From NCBI GenBank assembly GCA_046290465.1, contig JBKAGP010000001.1, forward strand, positions 576,001 to 640,000: a stretch of DNA of 64,000 nucleotides, in the 5' to 3' direction. The notes beneath the pieces were generated by a model. The model was given only the letters and a program-made list of their open reading frames with translations. It searched no databases and was not told the origin of the DNA. Positions 18,494-28,543 of this stretch are shown piece after piece (positions within the stretch are counted from its first letter, which is position 1; every line of letters starts with the position of its first letter). The position numbers were made by a program, and so were the translations under genes. The DNA comes from Planctomycetota bacterium. GTDB taxonomy: Bacteria; Planctomycetota; UBA1135; UBA2386.

Positions 18494-21042
18494 CGGCGGA
18501 AGCGGAACTCGGTGGTGTTGAGCAGGGCGTGCAGCGTGTCGAACCAGACGGTGCGTTCGTCGTCCGCCTGCTCGACGAACGGCAGCAGGCGGTGCAGCTC
18601 CTCGGTGCGCGGCAGGCGGCCGAACGCCAGCCGGTAGGCCAGCTGCAGCCGCTGCGCCGCGTTGTCGCTGTGCGCCAGCACGCGGTCGGTGAAGCGCTTG
18701 CACAGCTCGTGCACCAGCGGCGCGTTGGCCAGCGCCAACGCCTGCGCCGGCACGTTGGACGTGTTGCGGCGGCCGACGGTCGCGAACGGCGTGGGCTGGT
18801 CGAACGCCAGCATCAGCTCGTTCATGAAGTTGCGCCGCACGGCCAGGTAGATGCTGCGCCGGCCGCGGCCGTCGAGCGGGTCGTGGCGGCCGGGCCGGCC
18901 GCGTGCGTTGGTGATCGCCTCGCGCGGCTGCTCGATCGACCGGCCGTAGAGCTTTGGGTCGAGCGAGTCGCTGATCGCCAGCAGCGCGTCGCGCACCAGC
19001 TCGGCTTCGAGCGGCCGCACGTTCTGGCGGTGCACCAGCACGTTGTCGGCGTCGACGTCCTGCGCGTCTGGCCGGATCCGGCTGCTCTGCCGGTAGGTGT
19101 GCGACGTCACCATGCGGCGGATCGTCTGCTTGAGCGACCAGCCGTTGGCGACGAAGTCGCGCGCCAGCCAGTCGAGCAGCCGCGGGTGGCTCGGGCGGTC
19201 GCCGAGCGCGCCGAAGTTGTCGACGCTCTTGACGATGCCGCGGCCGAACAGGTGGTGCCAGACGCGGTTGACCAGCACGCGCGGCGGCAGCGGGTTGTCG
19301 GCGGCGAGCACGGTGTCGGCCAGCTCGAGGCGGCCCGACGAGTGCTGGGGGGCCTTTGCCATCTTGGCGGGCACCGCCGACAGGAACGAACGCGGCGCCG
19401 CCTCGCCCGCCATCTTGTGGTTGCCGCGCAGGTAGACGTAGCTGTCGATGCCGTTGCCGTCGGCCATCGCCGGGATCGTCGGCGAGACCGGCAGCGCCGC
19501 GACCGCATCGGCCAGCTCCTTGCGCGCCCGGCGCCACGCGGCGTCGGTGCGGCCCGCGTCGGCGTCGGCGACCAGCGGGTTGGACCTGGTCTCGGGCGGC
19601 CGACCGTGCGGCGACAGGATCACGGACTGCACCGCGAGCCAGGTGTGCTCCGGGTAGTGGCCGCGGTTGTGGCGGGGATCGCCCAGGTCGGGAGCGCGCT
19701 GGTCGATCGCCTGCACGTAGGCGGTGCGGCCGCGCCACATCTCGGCGTCGAACGTGACCCAGTGGGCTTCCTGCTTGTCGACGTTCTTGTGCAGTCGGCC
19801 GTAGATCGGATCGCGCACGACGTGGAAGCCGTCGACGATCAGTTTGAGGCGGCTATGGTCGCCGGCGGCGCGCACGTGCACGTAGCGATGCTCGATGCGG
19901 AACGAACGGGTGGCGAGCGTGCCCTCGCGCTGGCTGCCGGCGGCGCAGCTGAGCCAGAACGGCCCCGGCAGCTGGATCAGCCTCGGTTCTTCGGCATCGG
20001 GGTTCGGGCAGAACGGGCCCTGCCACGGCTCGGCACCGAACGCGTCGTTGCTGACGTACCAGTGCGCGTCGGGGCGCGCCGCGTCGGCGATCACGACGTC
20101 GTCGTCGCGCAGCGTCACGCCGGACGCGCGCGGTTCGGCGTCGGGCAACCAGTGCCTGGCGAGCTCACGCTGCGCGCGCAAGGCGCGCTGGTAGCCGTCG
20201 GAGTCGGGCGGGACCTGCTTGAGCGAGGCCTGCACGAAGCGCGAGCTCTGCACGAAGCCGAACAGCCCGTAGTAGTCGCGGGTCGGGATCGCGTCGAACT
20301 TGTGGTCGTGGCAGCGCGCGCACGCGACGGTCATGCCGAGGAACGCCTTGCCGAACACGTCGATCTGGTTGTCGACGCGGTCGGCCTGGTGCTGCATCGC
20401 GTCGACCGGCGAGTGGGTCTGCTCGACGAACCACCACGACGCGGTCGCCTGCACGCTCTCGTTGTTGCCGTCGGCGTCGCGCCGCGGATCGGCCAGCAGG
20501 TCGCCGGCGATGTGCTCGCGCACGAACTGGTCGTAGGGCAGGTCGGCGTTGAGCGCGCGGATCACGTAGTCGCGATAGCGGAAGGCGTTGGGGATCTCGA
20601 AGTCGTACTCGTGCCCGAGCGTCTCGCAGTAGCGCATCAGGTCGAGCCAGTGGCGGCCCCAACGTTCGCCGAAGTGCGGGCTCGCCAGCAGCGCGTCGAC
20701 CTCGCGCTGCCAGGCCCGTTCGCTCGGATCGGCGAGGAACCGTTCGACCGCCTCGGGCGTCGGCGGCAGGCCGACCAGGTCGAACCACAGCCGCCGCAGC
20801 TGCGTGTGTGGCGGTGCCGGCGGCGAGGGTTGCAGCGACGCGTCGGCGAGTCGCTGCTGCACGAACGCGTCGACCGGGTGGCCGGCGGCGGGTGGCGCCA
20901 CCGACCGCAGCGGCTGCCATGCCCAGTGCTCGCGGCGCGCGTCCATCGGCGTCGCGTCCGGGGCCGGGGCGGGCGACTCCTGCGCCGACGCGAAGGCCGG
21001 CAGCAGCAGGCCGAAGAGCATGGGGACGAGGGGTCGCAACAT
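18490..21042 (-). CDS. DUF1549/DUF1553 (PSD1 / planctomycete cytochrome c-associated) protein
   Basis: HWAWQP, GERWGRHWLD, YRDYVIRALN.D.PYD, heme motif CARCHDHKFD, RVLVNRVWHHLFGRG, PSHP.LLDWLA, SNVPAQAL; 4-bp overlap with DUF1501. Confidence 0.93.
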   Translation of the reverse strand: MLRPLVPMLFGLLLPAFASAQESPAPAPDATPMDARREHWAWQPLRSVAPPAAGHPVDAFVQQRLADASLQPSPPAPPHTQLRRLWFDLVGLPPTPEAVERFLADPSERAWQREVDALLASPHFGERWGRHWLDLMRYCETLGHEYDFEIPNAFRYRDYVIRALNADLPYDQFVREHIAGDLLADPRRDADGNNESVQATASWWFVEQTHSPVDAMQHQADRVDNQIDVFGKAFLGMTVACARCHDHKFDAIPTRDYYGLFGFVQSSRFVQASLKQVPPDSDGYQRALRAQRELARHWLPDAEPRASGVTLRDDDVVIADAARPDAHWYVSNDAFGAEPWQGPFCPNPDAEEPRLIQLPGPFWLSCAAGSQREGTLATRSFRIEHRYVHVRAAGDHSRLKLIVDGFHVVRDPIYGRLHKNVDKQEAHWVTFDAEMWRGRTAYVQAIDQRAPDLGDPRHNRGHYPEHTWLAVQSVILSPHGRPPETRSNPLVADADAGRTDAAWRRARKELADAVAALPVSPTIPAMADGNGIDSYVYLRGNHKMAGEAAPRSFLSAVPAKMAKAPQHSSGRLELADTVLAADNPLPPRVLVNRVWHHLFGRGIVKSVDNFGALGDRPSHPRLLDWLARDFVANGWSLKQTIRRMVTSHTYRQSSRIRPDAQDVDADNVLVHRQNVRPLEAELVRDALLAISDSLDPKLYGRSIEQPREAITNARGRPGRHDPLDGRGRRSIYLAVRRNFMNELMLAFDQPTPFATVGRRNTSNVPAQALALANAPLVHELCKRFTDRVLAHSDNAAQRLQLAYRLAFGRLPRTEELHRLLPFVEQADDERTVWFDTLHALLNTTEFRFRR

Positions 21043-21107
21043 GATCGCACTCGTTTGTATGTGGTCGCTCCAGGGCCGGCAACCCGGTAGCGTGCGCAGA
21101 CATTCCT

Positions 21108-21941
21108 ATGACCAAGTCCGCCCGCTCGTCGCGTTCTCGTTCTGCCGCTGCCAAGACCAAGATGAAGGCGCTCGACGTCGATCCGCGGTCGCCGTCGCTG
21201 GAGGGTCGGGTCGCGATCGTGACCGGCAGCAGCAAGGGGCTCGGCAAGGCGATGGCGATCGCGCTCGGCGAGGCCGGCGCGCGGGTCGTGATCAACTATT
21301 ACAACGGCAAGGAGCAGGCCGAGCAGACCCGCGACGAGCTGCAGGGCCGCGGCATCGAGGCGATCGTCTGTCGCGCCGACGTGACCAGCGAGCGTCAGGT
21401 CGACAAGCTGGTCGGCGACGTCGAGAAGAAGCTCGGCAAGCCCGACATCCTGGTGCTGAACGCGACGCCGGACCAGCCGCAGAAGCCGATCGAGAAGTAC
21501 GACTGGGCGTTCTACCAGTCGATGCTCGACTTCTTCGTCAAGTCGCCCTACCTGATGACGCGCGCGGTGCTGCCCGGCATGAAGCGCCGCAAGTGGGGGC
21601 GCATCGTCAACATCGGCAGCGAGGTGTTCCGCCGCGGGGTGCCGAACTTCTCGGCCTACGTCGCCGCCAAGGGTGCGCAGGCCGGCTGGACCCGCAGCAT
21701 GGCGACCGAGCTGGCGCCGTGGAACATCACCGTCAACATGGTGTCGCCGGGGTGGATCCCGGTCGAACGCCACGACAAGGACCCGAAGGCCCTGAAGGAC
21801 GGCTACAAGGCGCTGATCCCGATGCGACGCTGGGGTGTGCCCGGCGACGTCGGCGGCATCATCGCGTTCCTCGCCAGCGAGCAGGCGGCGTTCATCACCG
21901 GCCAGGACGTCGCCGTCAACGGCGGCATGACCGTCTGCTGA
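21108..21941 (+). CDS. Short-chain dehydrogenase/reductase (FabG-like SDR)
   Basis: TGSSKGLG, GRIVNIGS, YVAAK, VNMVSPGWI; alternative start at 21162. Confidence 0.9.
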   Translation: MTKSARSSRSRSAAAKTKMKALDVDPRSPSLEGRVAIVTGSSKGLGKAMAIALGEAGARVVINYYNGKEQAEQTRDELQGRGIEAIVCRADVTSERQVDKLVGDVEKKLGKPDILVLNATPDQPQKPIEKYDWAFYQSMLDFFVKSPYLMTRAVLPGMKRRKWGRIVNIGSEVFRRGVPNFSAYVAAKGAQAGWTRSMATELAPWNITVNMVSPGWIPVERHDKDPKALKDGYKALIPMRRWGVPGDVGGIIAFLASEQAAFITGQDVAVNGGMTVC

Positions 21942-21993
21942 TCCGAAGGCAGCCGGCGCCGTTACCTCCCCGCAACCCGTCCCGATCCCAGCC

Positions 21994-23025
21994 ATGCTCC
22001 GTCGAACCTCCCTCGTCTGTCTGCTCGCGCTCGCCGCCGGCCTGTTGTGGTCGTGCGGCAACGAGCCCGCCGCCGCCAACTCCGGCAAGCCGCGGGTCGC
22101 GTTCGTGACCAACTGCGCGGTCGAGTTCTGGGCCGTCGCCGAAGCCGGCGTCAAGGCCGCGGCCGAACAGGCCGGGGTCGAGGCGCTGGTCCGGATGCCG
22201 CCGACCGGCACCGCCGAGGAACAGAAGCGCTACCTCGAGGACCTGGTCGCCGCCGGCGTCAAGGGCATCGCGGTCACGCCGAAGGATCCCGACAACATGA
22301 CCGGTCTGCTCGACCGGATCGCCGAGCGCTGCACGCTGATCACGCACGACTCGGATGCGCCGAAGTCGAAGCGCCTGTGCTACATCGGCGTCGACAACTA
22401 CGACGCCGGCCGGATGTGCGGCCAGCTGGTCGAGGAGGCGATGCCCGACGGCGGCCCGATCGTGATCCTGGTCGGCACGCTCGACCAGGACAACGCGCGC
22501 GGTCGCCGGCAGGGCCTGATCGACCACCTGCTCGGGCGGTCGCACGACCCGAGCCGCTTCGATCCGCAGGACGCGGTGCTGAAGAACGACAAGTGGGAGA
22601 TCCGCGCGACGTTCACGTCGCAGATGGACCCGCAGAAGGCCAAGGCGGCGGCGCAGGACAGCCTGACGCGCTGGTCGGACCTCCGCGGCATGGTCGGTCT
22701 GTTCGCGTACGAGCCGCCGGTGATCCTCGATGCGGTCAAGTCGGCCAACCGCCTCGACCAGATCGCGATCGTCGGCTTCGACGAGGACGCCGCGACGCTG
22801 AAGGGCATCCGCGACGGGGAGATCCACGGCACCGTCGTGCAGAACCCGTACGAATACGGCCACCGCTCGATCACCCTGCTGGCGAAGCTGCTCGCCGCCG
22901 AGGACGAGGCGGCGCGCAAGGCGCTGCTGCCCGAGAGCGGCACGATCGTGGTGCCGGCGCGCCAGATCCGCAAGGCGAACGTGCAGGCGTTCTGGGACGA
23001 CCTGAACCAGAAGCTCGGCAAGTAG
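21994..23025 (+). CDS. Sugar ABC transporter substrate-binding lipoprotein (RbsB-like)
   Basis: Lipobox LWSC; ITHDSD, YIGVDNYDAG, VGFDE, VVQNPYEYG. Confidence 0.9.
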   Translation: MLRRTSLVCLLALAAGLLWSCGNEPAAANSGKPRVAFVTNCAVEFWAVAEAGVKAAAEQAGVEALVRMPPTGTAEEQKRYLEDLVAAGVKGIAVTPKDPDNMTGLLDRIAERCTLITHDSDAPKSKRLCYIGVDNYDAGRMCGQLVEEAMPDGGPIVILVGTLDQDNARGRRQGLIDHLLGRSHDPSRFDPQDAVLKNDKWEIRATFTSQMDPQKAKAAAQDSLTRWSDLRGMVGLFAYEPPVILDAVKSANRLDQIAIVGFDEDAATLKGIRDGEIHGTVVQNPYEYGHRSITLLAKLLAAEDEAARKALLPESGTIVVPARQIRKANVQAFWDDLNQKLGK

Positions 23026-23028
23026 CGC

Positions 23029-24558
23029 GTGGCGACCGCGGCACGGCTGCAAGCGCGGGGCGTCCGCAAGGCGTTCCCCGGCGTGCGCGCCCTCGACGGC
23101 GTCGACCTCTCGGTGCACGCCGGCGAGGTGGTCGCGCTGGTCGGTGAGAACGGCGCCGGCAAGAGCACGTTGATGAAGGTGCTGGCGGGCCTGCACCGGC
23201 CCGATCAGGGCGAGGTGCTGCTCGACGGGCGGCCGGTGACGCTGCTGGATCCGCTCGACGCGCTGCGGCGCGGCATCGCGCTGATCCACCAGGAGCTGAG
23301 CCTGTGCGACAACCTGACCGTCAGCGCCGCGATGTTCCTCGGTGCCGAGCTGCGGCGCGGACCGTTCCTGCGCGAGCGCGAGATGGCCGCGGTGACGCGC
23401 GAGTGGCTGGGCCGGCTCGGCCTCGACGTCGATCCGCGCGCTTTGGTGTCGTCGCTGCGCATGGGCCAGCGCCAGCTGCTCGAGATCGCACGGGCGCTGC
23501 GCGCCGAGGCGCGCGTGCTGATCATGGACGAGCCGACCTCGAGCCTGACCGAGACCGAGGCCGAACGGCTGTTCGAAGTGGTGCGCGAGCTGCGCGCGCA
23601 GGGCGTCGGCATCGTCTACATCACGCACCGCCTCGGCGAGATCGAGCAGCTCGCCGACCGCGTCGTCGGGCTGCGCGACGGCCGCAACAGCGGCGAGCTC
23701 GGCCGCGACGAGATCTGCCACGATCGCATGGTCGCGCTGATGGTCGGCCGCGAGCTGTCGGGTGCCGCGCGCAGCCCGCACCCGCCCGGCGAGCCGGTGC
23801 TGCAGGCGCGCGGGGTGCGCACCGCGATGTTCCCGGCGGCGAGCGTCGACCTCGAGCTGCGCGCCGGCGAGGTCGTCGGCATCGCCGGGCTGCTCGGCTC
23901 GGGACGCAGCGAACTGCTGCGCGCGCTGTTCGGCGTCGATGCGCGGCTCGCCGGGGACGTGCGCATCGGCGACGACCAGCTGCCGCCGGCAGACGTCGGC
24001 GCGGCGGTGCAGCGCGGCCTCGCGCTGTTGCCCGAGGACCGCAAGCAAGAAGGGCTGGTCGTGTCGATGGCGGTGCGCGAGAACCTGTCGCTGCCGACCC
24101 TGCGCCGCCGCGGTCGCTGGCTCGACCGCGCCTACGAGCGCGCGCTGAGCCGCGACAGCATCGCGCAGCTCGGCATCGCGTGCAGCGGTGGCGAACAGGT
24201 GGCCGGCTCGCTGTCGGGCGGCAACCAGCAGAAGATCGTGCTCGGCAAGTGGCTGGCCGCTGCACCCCGGGTGCTGCTGCTCGACGAGCCGACGCGCGGC
24301 GTCGACGTCGGCGCGCGCGCCGAGATCTACCGGCGGCTCGACGAACTCGCGGCCGAAGGACTGGCGGTGCTGTTCGTCAGCTCGGAGCTCGACGAGGTGC
24401 TGCAGCTGGCCGACCGCGTGCTGGTTCTGCGGGACGGCGCGGTGCAGGGTGAGCTGCGCTCTGCGCAGCGCACCGAGGAACGGATCATGATGCTGGCGAC
24501 CGGCGCCCAACGGGCGACCTCGAGGCAGCGGACCGAAGCAGCGGAGGACGGGCGATGA
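23029..24558 (+). CDS. Sugar ABC transporter ATP-binding protein (RbsA-like, two ABC domains)
   Basis: GENGAGKST, MDEPTSSL, PEDRK.EG, LSGGNQQK, DEPTRGVDVG. Confidence 0.93.
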   Translation: MATAARLQARGVRKAFPGVRALDGVDLSVHAGEVVALVGENGAGKSTLMKVLAGLHRPDQGEVLLDGRPVTLLDPLDALRRGIALIHQELSLCDNLTVSAAMFLGAELRRGPFLREREMAAVTREWLGRLGLDVDPRALVSSLRMGQRQLLEIARALRAEARVLIMDEPTSSLTETEAERLFEVVRELRAQGVGIVYITHRLGEIEQLADRVVGLRDGRNSGELGRDEICHDRMVALMVGRELSGAARSPHPPGEPVLQARGVRTAMFPAASVDLELRAGEVVGIAGLLGSGRSELLRALFGVDARLAGDVRIGDDQLPPADVGAAVQRGLALLPEDRKQEGLVVSMAVRENLSLPTLRRRGRWLDRAYERALSRDSIAQLGIACSGGEQVAGSLSGGNQQKIVLGKWLAAAPRVLLLDEPTRGVDVGARAEIYRRLDELAAEGLAVLFVSSELDEVLQLADRVLVLRDGAVQGELRSAQRTEERIMMLATGAQRATSRQRTEAAEDGR

Positions 24559-25550
24559 AGAAGTTGGCCGGCATTGCCGGGCTGTTGCTGGTGATCGCGA
24601 TCGTGACGACCGTGCTGAGTCACGACGCCTCGACCGGCAACTACACGTTCCTGTCGTCGTACAACCTCGAGAACCTGCTGCGCCGCGTCGGCATGTTCGG
24701 CGTGCTGTCGGTCGCCGCGGCGTTCGTGATCGTGACCGGCGGCATCGACCTGTCGATCGGCGCCGTGGTCTGCGTCGCGGGCTGCATGCTGCCGTGGCTG
24801 CTGGCCGACTGCGGCCTGCCGGCGATCGTGGCGATGCCGCTGGTGCTGCTGGTCTGCGCCGGCATCGGGCTATGGCACGGCCTGCTGGTCGTCGGCCTGC
24901 GGCTGCAGCCGTTCGTGGTGACGCTGTGCGGCCTGCTGCTCTACCGCGGCCTGATGCGCAAGTTCACCGGCGACCAGACCATGGGCCTCGGCGACGCCGG
25001 CGAGGGGCTGCGCTGGCTGGCGACCGGCAAGATCCCGATCACAGCCGACTTCGGGCTGCCGGCGCCGCTCTGCGTGCTGGCGATCGTCGCCGTGCTGACC
25101 GGCGTGCTGTGGCAGCGAACGGTCTGGGGCCGGCACCTGTTCGCGCTCGGTCGCAACGAGGAGGCGGCGCGCTTCTCGGGTGTGCGCACCGGTCGGCTGA
25201 CCGCGCTGAGCTACGTGGCGTGCTCGCTGCTGGCCGGCCTCGGCGGCTGTCTGTTCGTGCTCGACGTCAACTCGGCGCAGGCGTCGAGCTTCGGCAACTT
25301 CTACGAACTGTACGCGATCGCCGGCGCGGTGCTCGGCGGCGTCGCGCTGCGCGGCGGCGAAGGGCTGGTGCTCGGCGTAGTACTCGGCGCCGCGCTGATG
25401 CAGCTGCTCTCCAACACCATCAACCTGGTCGGCGACAGCAACCAGCTCGAGTTCGCCGTGGTCGGCGCGGTGATCCTGTTCGGCGCCGGGTTCGACGAAC
25501 TGGTGCGCCGCTACCTCGGCTGGCGCGCGACCCGCAGCCGGCGCGCCTGA
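24555..25550 (+). CDS. Sugar ABC transporter permease (RbsC-like)
   Basis: TGGIDLS, PFVVTL, GRNEEAARFSG, YEL.AIAGAVLGG..L.GG.G; ATGA overlap with the ATPase gene. Confidence 0.92.
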   Translation: MKKLAGIAGLLLVIAIVTTVLSHDASTGNYTFLSSYNLENLLRRVGMFGVLSVAAAFVIVTGGIDLSIGAVVCVAGCMLPWLLADCGLPAIVAMPLVLLVCAGIGLWHGLLVVGLRLQPFVVTLCGLLLYRGLMRKFTGDQTMGLGDAGEGLRWLATGKIPITADFGLPAPLCVLAIVAVLTGVLWQRTVWGRHLFALGRNEEAARFSGVRTGRLTALSYVACSLLAGLGGCLFVLDVNSAQASSFGNFYELYAIAGAVLGGVALRGGEGLVLGVVLGAALMQLLSNTINLVGDSNQLEFAVVGAVILFGAGFDELVRRYLGWRATRSRRA

Positions 25551-25580
25551 CGGCTGTTGCCCGGCGCACCGGCCACCAGC

Positions 25581-26189
25581 TCAGCGGATCGGCGTCTCGC
25601 CGATCAGCTCGCGCCAGCGCAGGTGGATCGCGGCCGGGTAGGCCTCGCATTCAGCCGCGAACACGCGCGCGGCCAGCGACGTCACGTTGTCGTTGGACAG
25701 CACCGGCACGCGCGCCTGGATCAGCACGCGGCCGTTGTCGTACTCGTTGTCGCACAGGTGCACGGTGCAGCCCGACTCGGTGCGGCCGGCTTCGATCACC
25801 GCGCGGTGCACGTGTTCGCCGTACATGCCCTTGCCGCCGAAGTCCGGCAGCAGGGACGGATGGATGTTGAGCACCCGGCCCTCGAAGTCCGGGATGATCG
25901 GCAGCAGCCGGATGTAGCCGCACAGCAGCACCAGGTCGCAGTCGAGTTCGTGCACCCACGACCAGATCGCCGACGGGTCGGTCAGCTGGCGGGTCTCGAT
26001 GCCGTGGTCGAGCGCGCGCTGCAGGCCGAAGGCGTCGTCGCGGTCGCTGGCGACGCCGGCGACGCAGCCCTTCAGGCGGCCGTCGTCGATCCGGTCGAGC
26101 AGGTTCTGCAGGGTGCGGCCGGAGCCGCTGAGCAGCACCGCCAGCCGCGGGCGCTGGGCGCGGCTCAGCTCGTCGTGGCGCGCGCTCAC
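25581..26189 (-). CDS. purN: Phosphoribosylglycinamide formyltransferase
   Basis: LAVLLSGSG, LNIHPSLLP.FGG.GMYG..VH, SGCTVH, YD.G; GTGA overlap with the upstream PNP-like gene. Confidence 0.92.
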   Translation of the reverse strand: MSARHDELSRAQRPRLAVLLSGSGRTLQNLLDRIDDGRLKGCVAGVASDRDDAFGLQRALDHGIETRQLTDPSAIWSWVHELDCDLVLLCGYIRLLPIIPDFEGRVLNIHPSLLPDFGGKGMYGEHVHRAVIEAGRTESGCTVHLCDNEYDNGRVLIQARVPVLSNDNVTSLAARVFAAECEAYPAAIHLRWRELIGETPIR

Positions 26190-27010
26190 GTGTGCGCCCG
26201 GGCGGCGGCGATGACGCCGACCAGCAGCGTGGCCATGCGCGGAGCGGCGACGTCGGCGGCGTCGATCATCTCCTCGATCGAGACCCGGCTGGTGCCGCCG
26301 TGCAGCACCTGCTGGGTGACGCCGACCAGCGCCAGCACTTGGAAGCCCGCGTGCACGCCGGCGATCGCCTCGTGCACCAACGACATGCCGACCAGGTCGG
26401 CGCCGGCCTGTCGCAGGAACCGGTACTCGGCGCGCGTCGGCATGCTCGGCCCGGGCACTGCGGCGAACACGCCGCGCGGGCACGGCACACCGGCGTTGAT
26501 CGCGACCTCGCGGGCGAGCTTGACCCACTTCTGCGAGTACGGCTCGCTCATGTCGGGGAAGCGTGGGCCGAGCAGGTCGTCGTTGGGGCCGGTCAGCGGA
26601 TGCAGGTTGCTGAAGTTCAGGTGGTCCTCGACCACCGCGATCGCGCCGGGCTCGATCTGCTGGCTGAGGCTGGCAGCGCCCGCGGTCACGATCAGCAGTT
26701 CGCAGCCGAGCGCCTTCAACACCCGGACGGGGTGGGCGAGCTCGGCCGAGGTCATGCCTTCGTAGGCGCTGAGCGGCGCGTCGGCGACCGCCACCGGCAC
26801 GCCCTCGAGGATGCCGACGTGGATCGGCGACGGCAGCGGCATGCCCGGGATGTCGCCGCCGGAGAGCGCGACCTTGTCCTTCAGCTGGTTGGTGATCGAC
26901 GCGTGGCCGGAGCCGAGCAGCATCGCGACGCGCGGGCGCAGCGCGGTGCGCGTCTCGAGCAGGTCGATCAGCTCGCGTGCGAGTTGTCGCTGGGACAGGG
27001 GCGAGGACAT
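26186..27010 (-). CDS. Purine nucleoside phosphorylase family protein (trimeric PNP/XapA fold), divergent active site
   Basis: LGSG, YEG, DHLN, PLTGPND..GPRFPDMS.PY, GP...T.AE, GADLVGMS; several catalytic residues are substituted (see findings). Confidence 0.8.
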   Translation of the reverse strand: MSSPLSQRQLARELIDLLETRTALRPRVAMLLGSGHASITNQLKDKVALSGGDIPGMPLPSPIHVGILEGVPVAVADAPLSAYEGMTSAELAHPVRVLKALGCELLIVTAGAASLSQQIEPGAIAVVEDHLNFSNLHPLTGPNDDLLGPRFPDMSEPYSQKWVKLAREVAINAGVPCPRGVFAAVPGPSMPTRAEYRFLRQAGADLVGMSLVHEAIAGVHAGFQVLALVGVTQQVLHGGTSRVSIEEMIDAADVAAPRMATLLVGVIAAARAHT

Positions 27011-27045
27011 GGGCGAGATCGTAGGGCCGGGGGAAGCGTCGGCAA

Positions 27046-27726
27046 CTACCGCGTGCCGTTGCTGGCGGGGTCGGTCTTGGCGGTCGCGCTGGGCCGGCCG
27101 GGTGTGGGCTTGCCGGCTGTGGGCTTGCCGCTGCGGGTGCGCGGCATGCCGGCAAGGTCGAGCACGCGCTCGACCAGCCGCACGCGTTCCTGCATCGACA
27201 GCGAGGCGACCGGGATGTAGGGCACGTCGAACTGCTCGAGCAGCAGCTTGACCATGCCGTCGATGCGCACGACCTCCTCCCATTCCACTCCGGCGCGCAC
27301 GCCGTCCTCGGCGAGCAGTTCGCGGTGCGGTCGCAGGAAGAACACGAGGCCACCGCGCACCCACTGCATGTACTCCTCGAGCCGCGGGTCGCGGAAGATC
27401 CGCGCCAGGATCGACGAGTGGTGGGCGGCGTAGGCCAGGTTGCAGAACGCCCGGTCACTGACGAACGGGCCGTCGACCGCGCGCTCGGCGTCGATCTGCC
27501 GGGTGAACACGGCGGCCTGGTAGCGGTCGACCAGGTCGATGTCGGTGCGCAGGGTGTCGAGCCGTTCTTCCATCTCGGCCAGCACGCCACGCGCGACCTC
27601 GGCGATCATCGGCACGCGGTAGCGGTCGCGGATCCAGCGCGCCAGCGTCGTCTTGCCGGTGGCGTGGGCGCCGACCAGGTAGATGCGCGGGGTGGCGGAG
27701 CCGGAGGGTGCACGATGCGGCAGCAT
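27046..27726 (-). CDS. P-loop NTPase, AAA_28/NadR-like nucleoside-kinase family
   Basis: GAHATGKTT Walker A, EVAR, SDR, EDGVR; short GKPT repeats at the C-terminus. Confidence 0.8.
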   Translation of the reverse strand: MLPHRAPSGSATPRIYLVGAHATGKTTLARWIRDRYRVPMIAEVARGVLAEMEERLDTLRTDIDLVDRYQAAVFTRQIDAERAVDGPFVSDRAFCNLAYAAHHSSILARIFRDPRLEEYMQWVRGGLVFFLRPHRELLAEDGVRAGVEWEEVVRIDGMVKLLLEQFDVPYIPVASLSMQERVRLVERVLDLAGMPRTRSGKPTAGKPTPGRPSATAKTDPASNGTR

Positions 27727-27765
27727 CCGTTCGAGCCTAGCGACGCCGCCGCGCCGTTGCCCGCG

Positions 27766-28440
27766 CTAATCCGGATCGCCCGTGCCGAGCTCGCCCTCGC
27801 CCTCGACGTCGTCGTCGCGTTCGTCGTCATCGGACGCGCCCTGCTCCTCGGCGGCCCGCAGCGCCAGCCGCGCGCGGGCGGTGACGTCCGGCTCGACGAA
27901 GGCGCGCTCGACGAATGCGCGCGGCGCCTGCAGGGTCTGCACCAGCAGGTCGGCCAGCAGGCTCGGCGGGGTCGAGTCGGGCAGCGGCAGCGGCTCCTTC
28001 AGCCGCGCCGAGGCGGCCTCGCGCAGCTCGTGTGCGAGGTCGTCGCGCTCGGGTTCGGGCACGGCCGTCTCGAGGAACGGCAGGCACTCGACCTGTCGAT
28101 AGCGGTGCGGGCTTTCGACCTCCTGCAGGTGCACGCGCGCGATGCCGAGCACCCAGATCATGTAGCGGCCGTCGGGCAGCTTCTCGTGCCGCAGGATCTC
28201 GCCGAGGCCGCCGATCGGCACCACCGCGGGCGGATGCTGCGGGGTCTCGCGTTCGCCGATCTGCGGCGAGGCGATCACCAGCCGGCCGGGCCCGTCGAGC
28301 AGGTCGCGCACCATGTCGCGGTAGCGCTCCTCGAAGATGTGCAGCGGCAGCACCTGGTGCGGAAACAGGAACACGCCCGGCAGCGGGAACATCGGCACGG
28401 CGCCGTGCGGCAGGGTCGGTTCTGTCAGTTCGAAGTCCAC
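27766..28440 (-). CDS. Lon peptidase N-terminal (substrate-binding) domain protein
   Basis: VPMFPLPGVFLFP..VLPLHIFEERYRDMV, LPDGRY; probable GTG start at 28440. Confidence 0.85.
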   Translation of the reverse strand: MDFELTEPTLPHGAVPMFPLPGVFLFPHQVLPLHIFEERYRDMVRDLLDGPGRLVIASPQIGERETPQHPPAVVPIGGLGEILRHEKLPDGRYMIWVLGIARVHLQEVESPHRYRQVECLPFLETAVPEPERDDLAHELREAASARLKEPLPLPDSTPPSLLADLLVQTLQAPRAFVERAFVEPDVTARARLALRAAEEQGASDDDERDDDVEGEGELGTGDPD

Positions 28441-28543
28441 GGTCCGGTGCTTTGGGCCAGATGCTACCACGATGCAAGCGGTCGGTGTCGGCGGGTCGGT
28501 ATCATCGGGCCGGTGGCATCGGGCCGGCATCATCGGGATTGGG

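Noticed and set aside
21930..21945. Selenocysteine readthrough at Cys-TGA gene ends (SDR; also hisH)
   Set aside because: Both proteins are already full length at the TGA, and no convincing SECIS hairpin or conserved extension follows.
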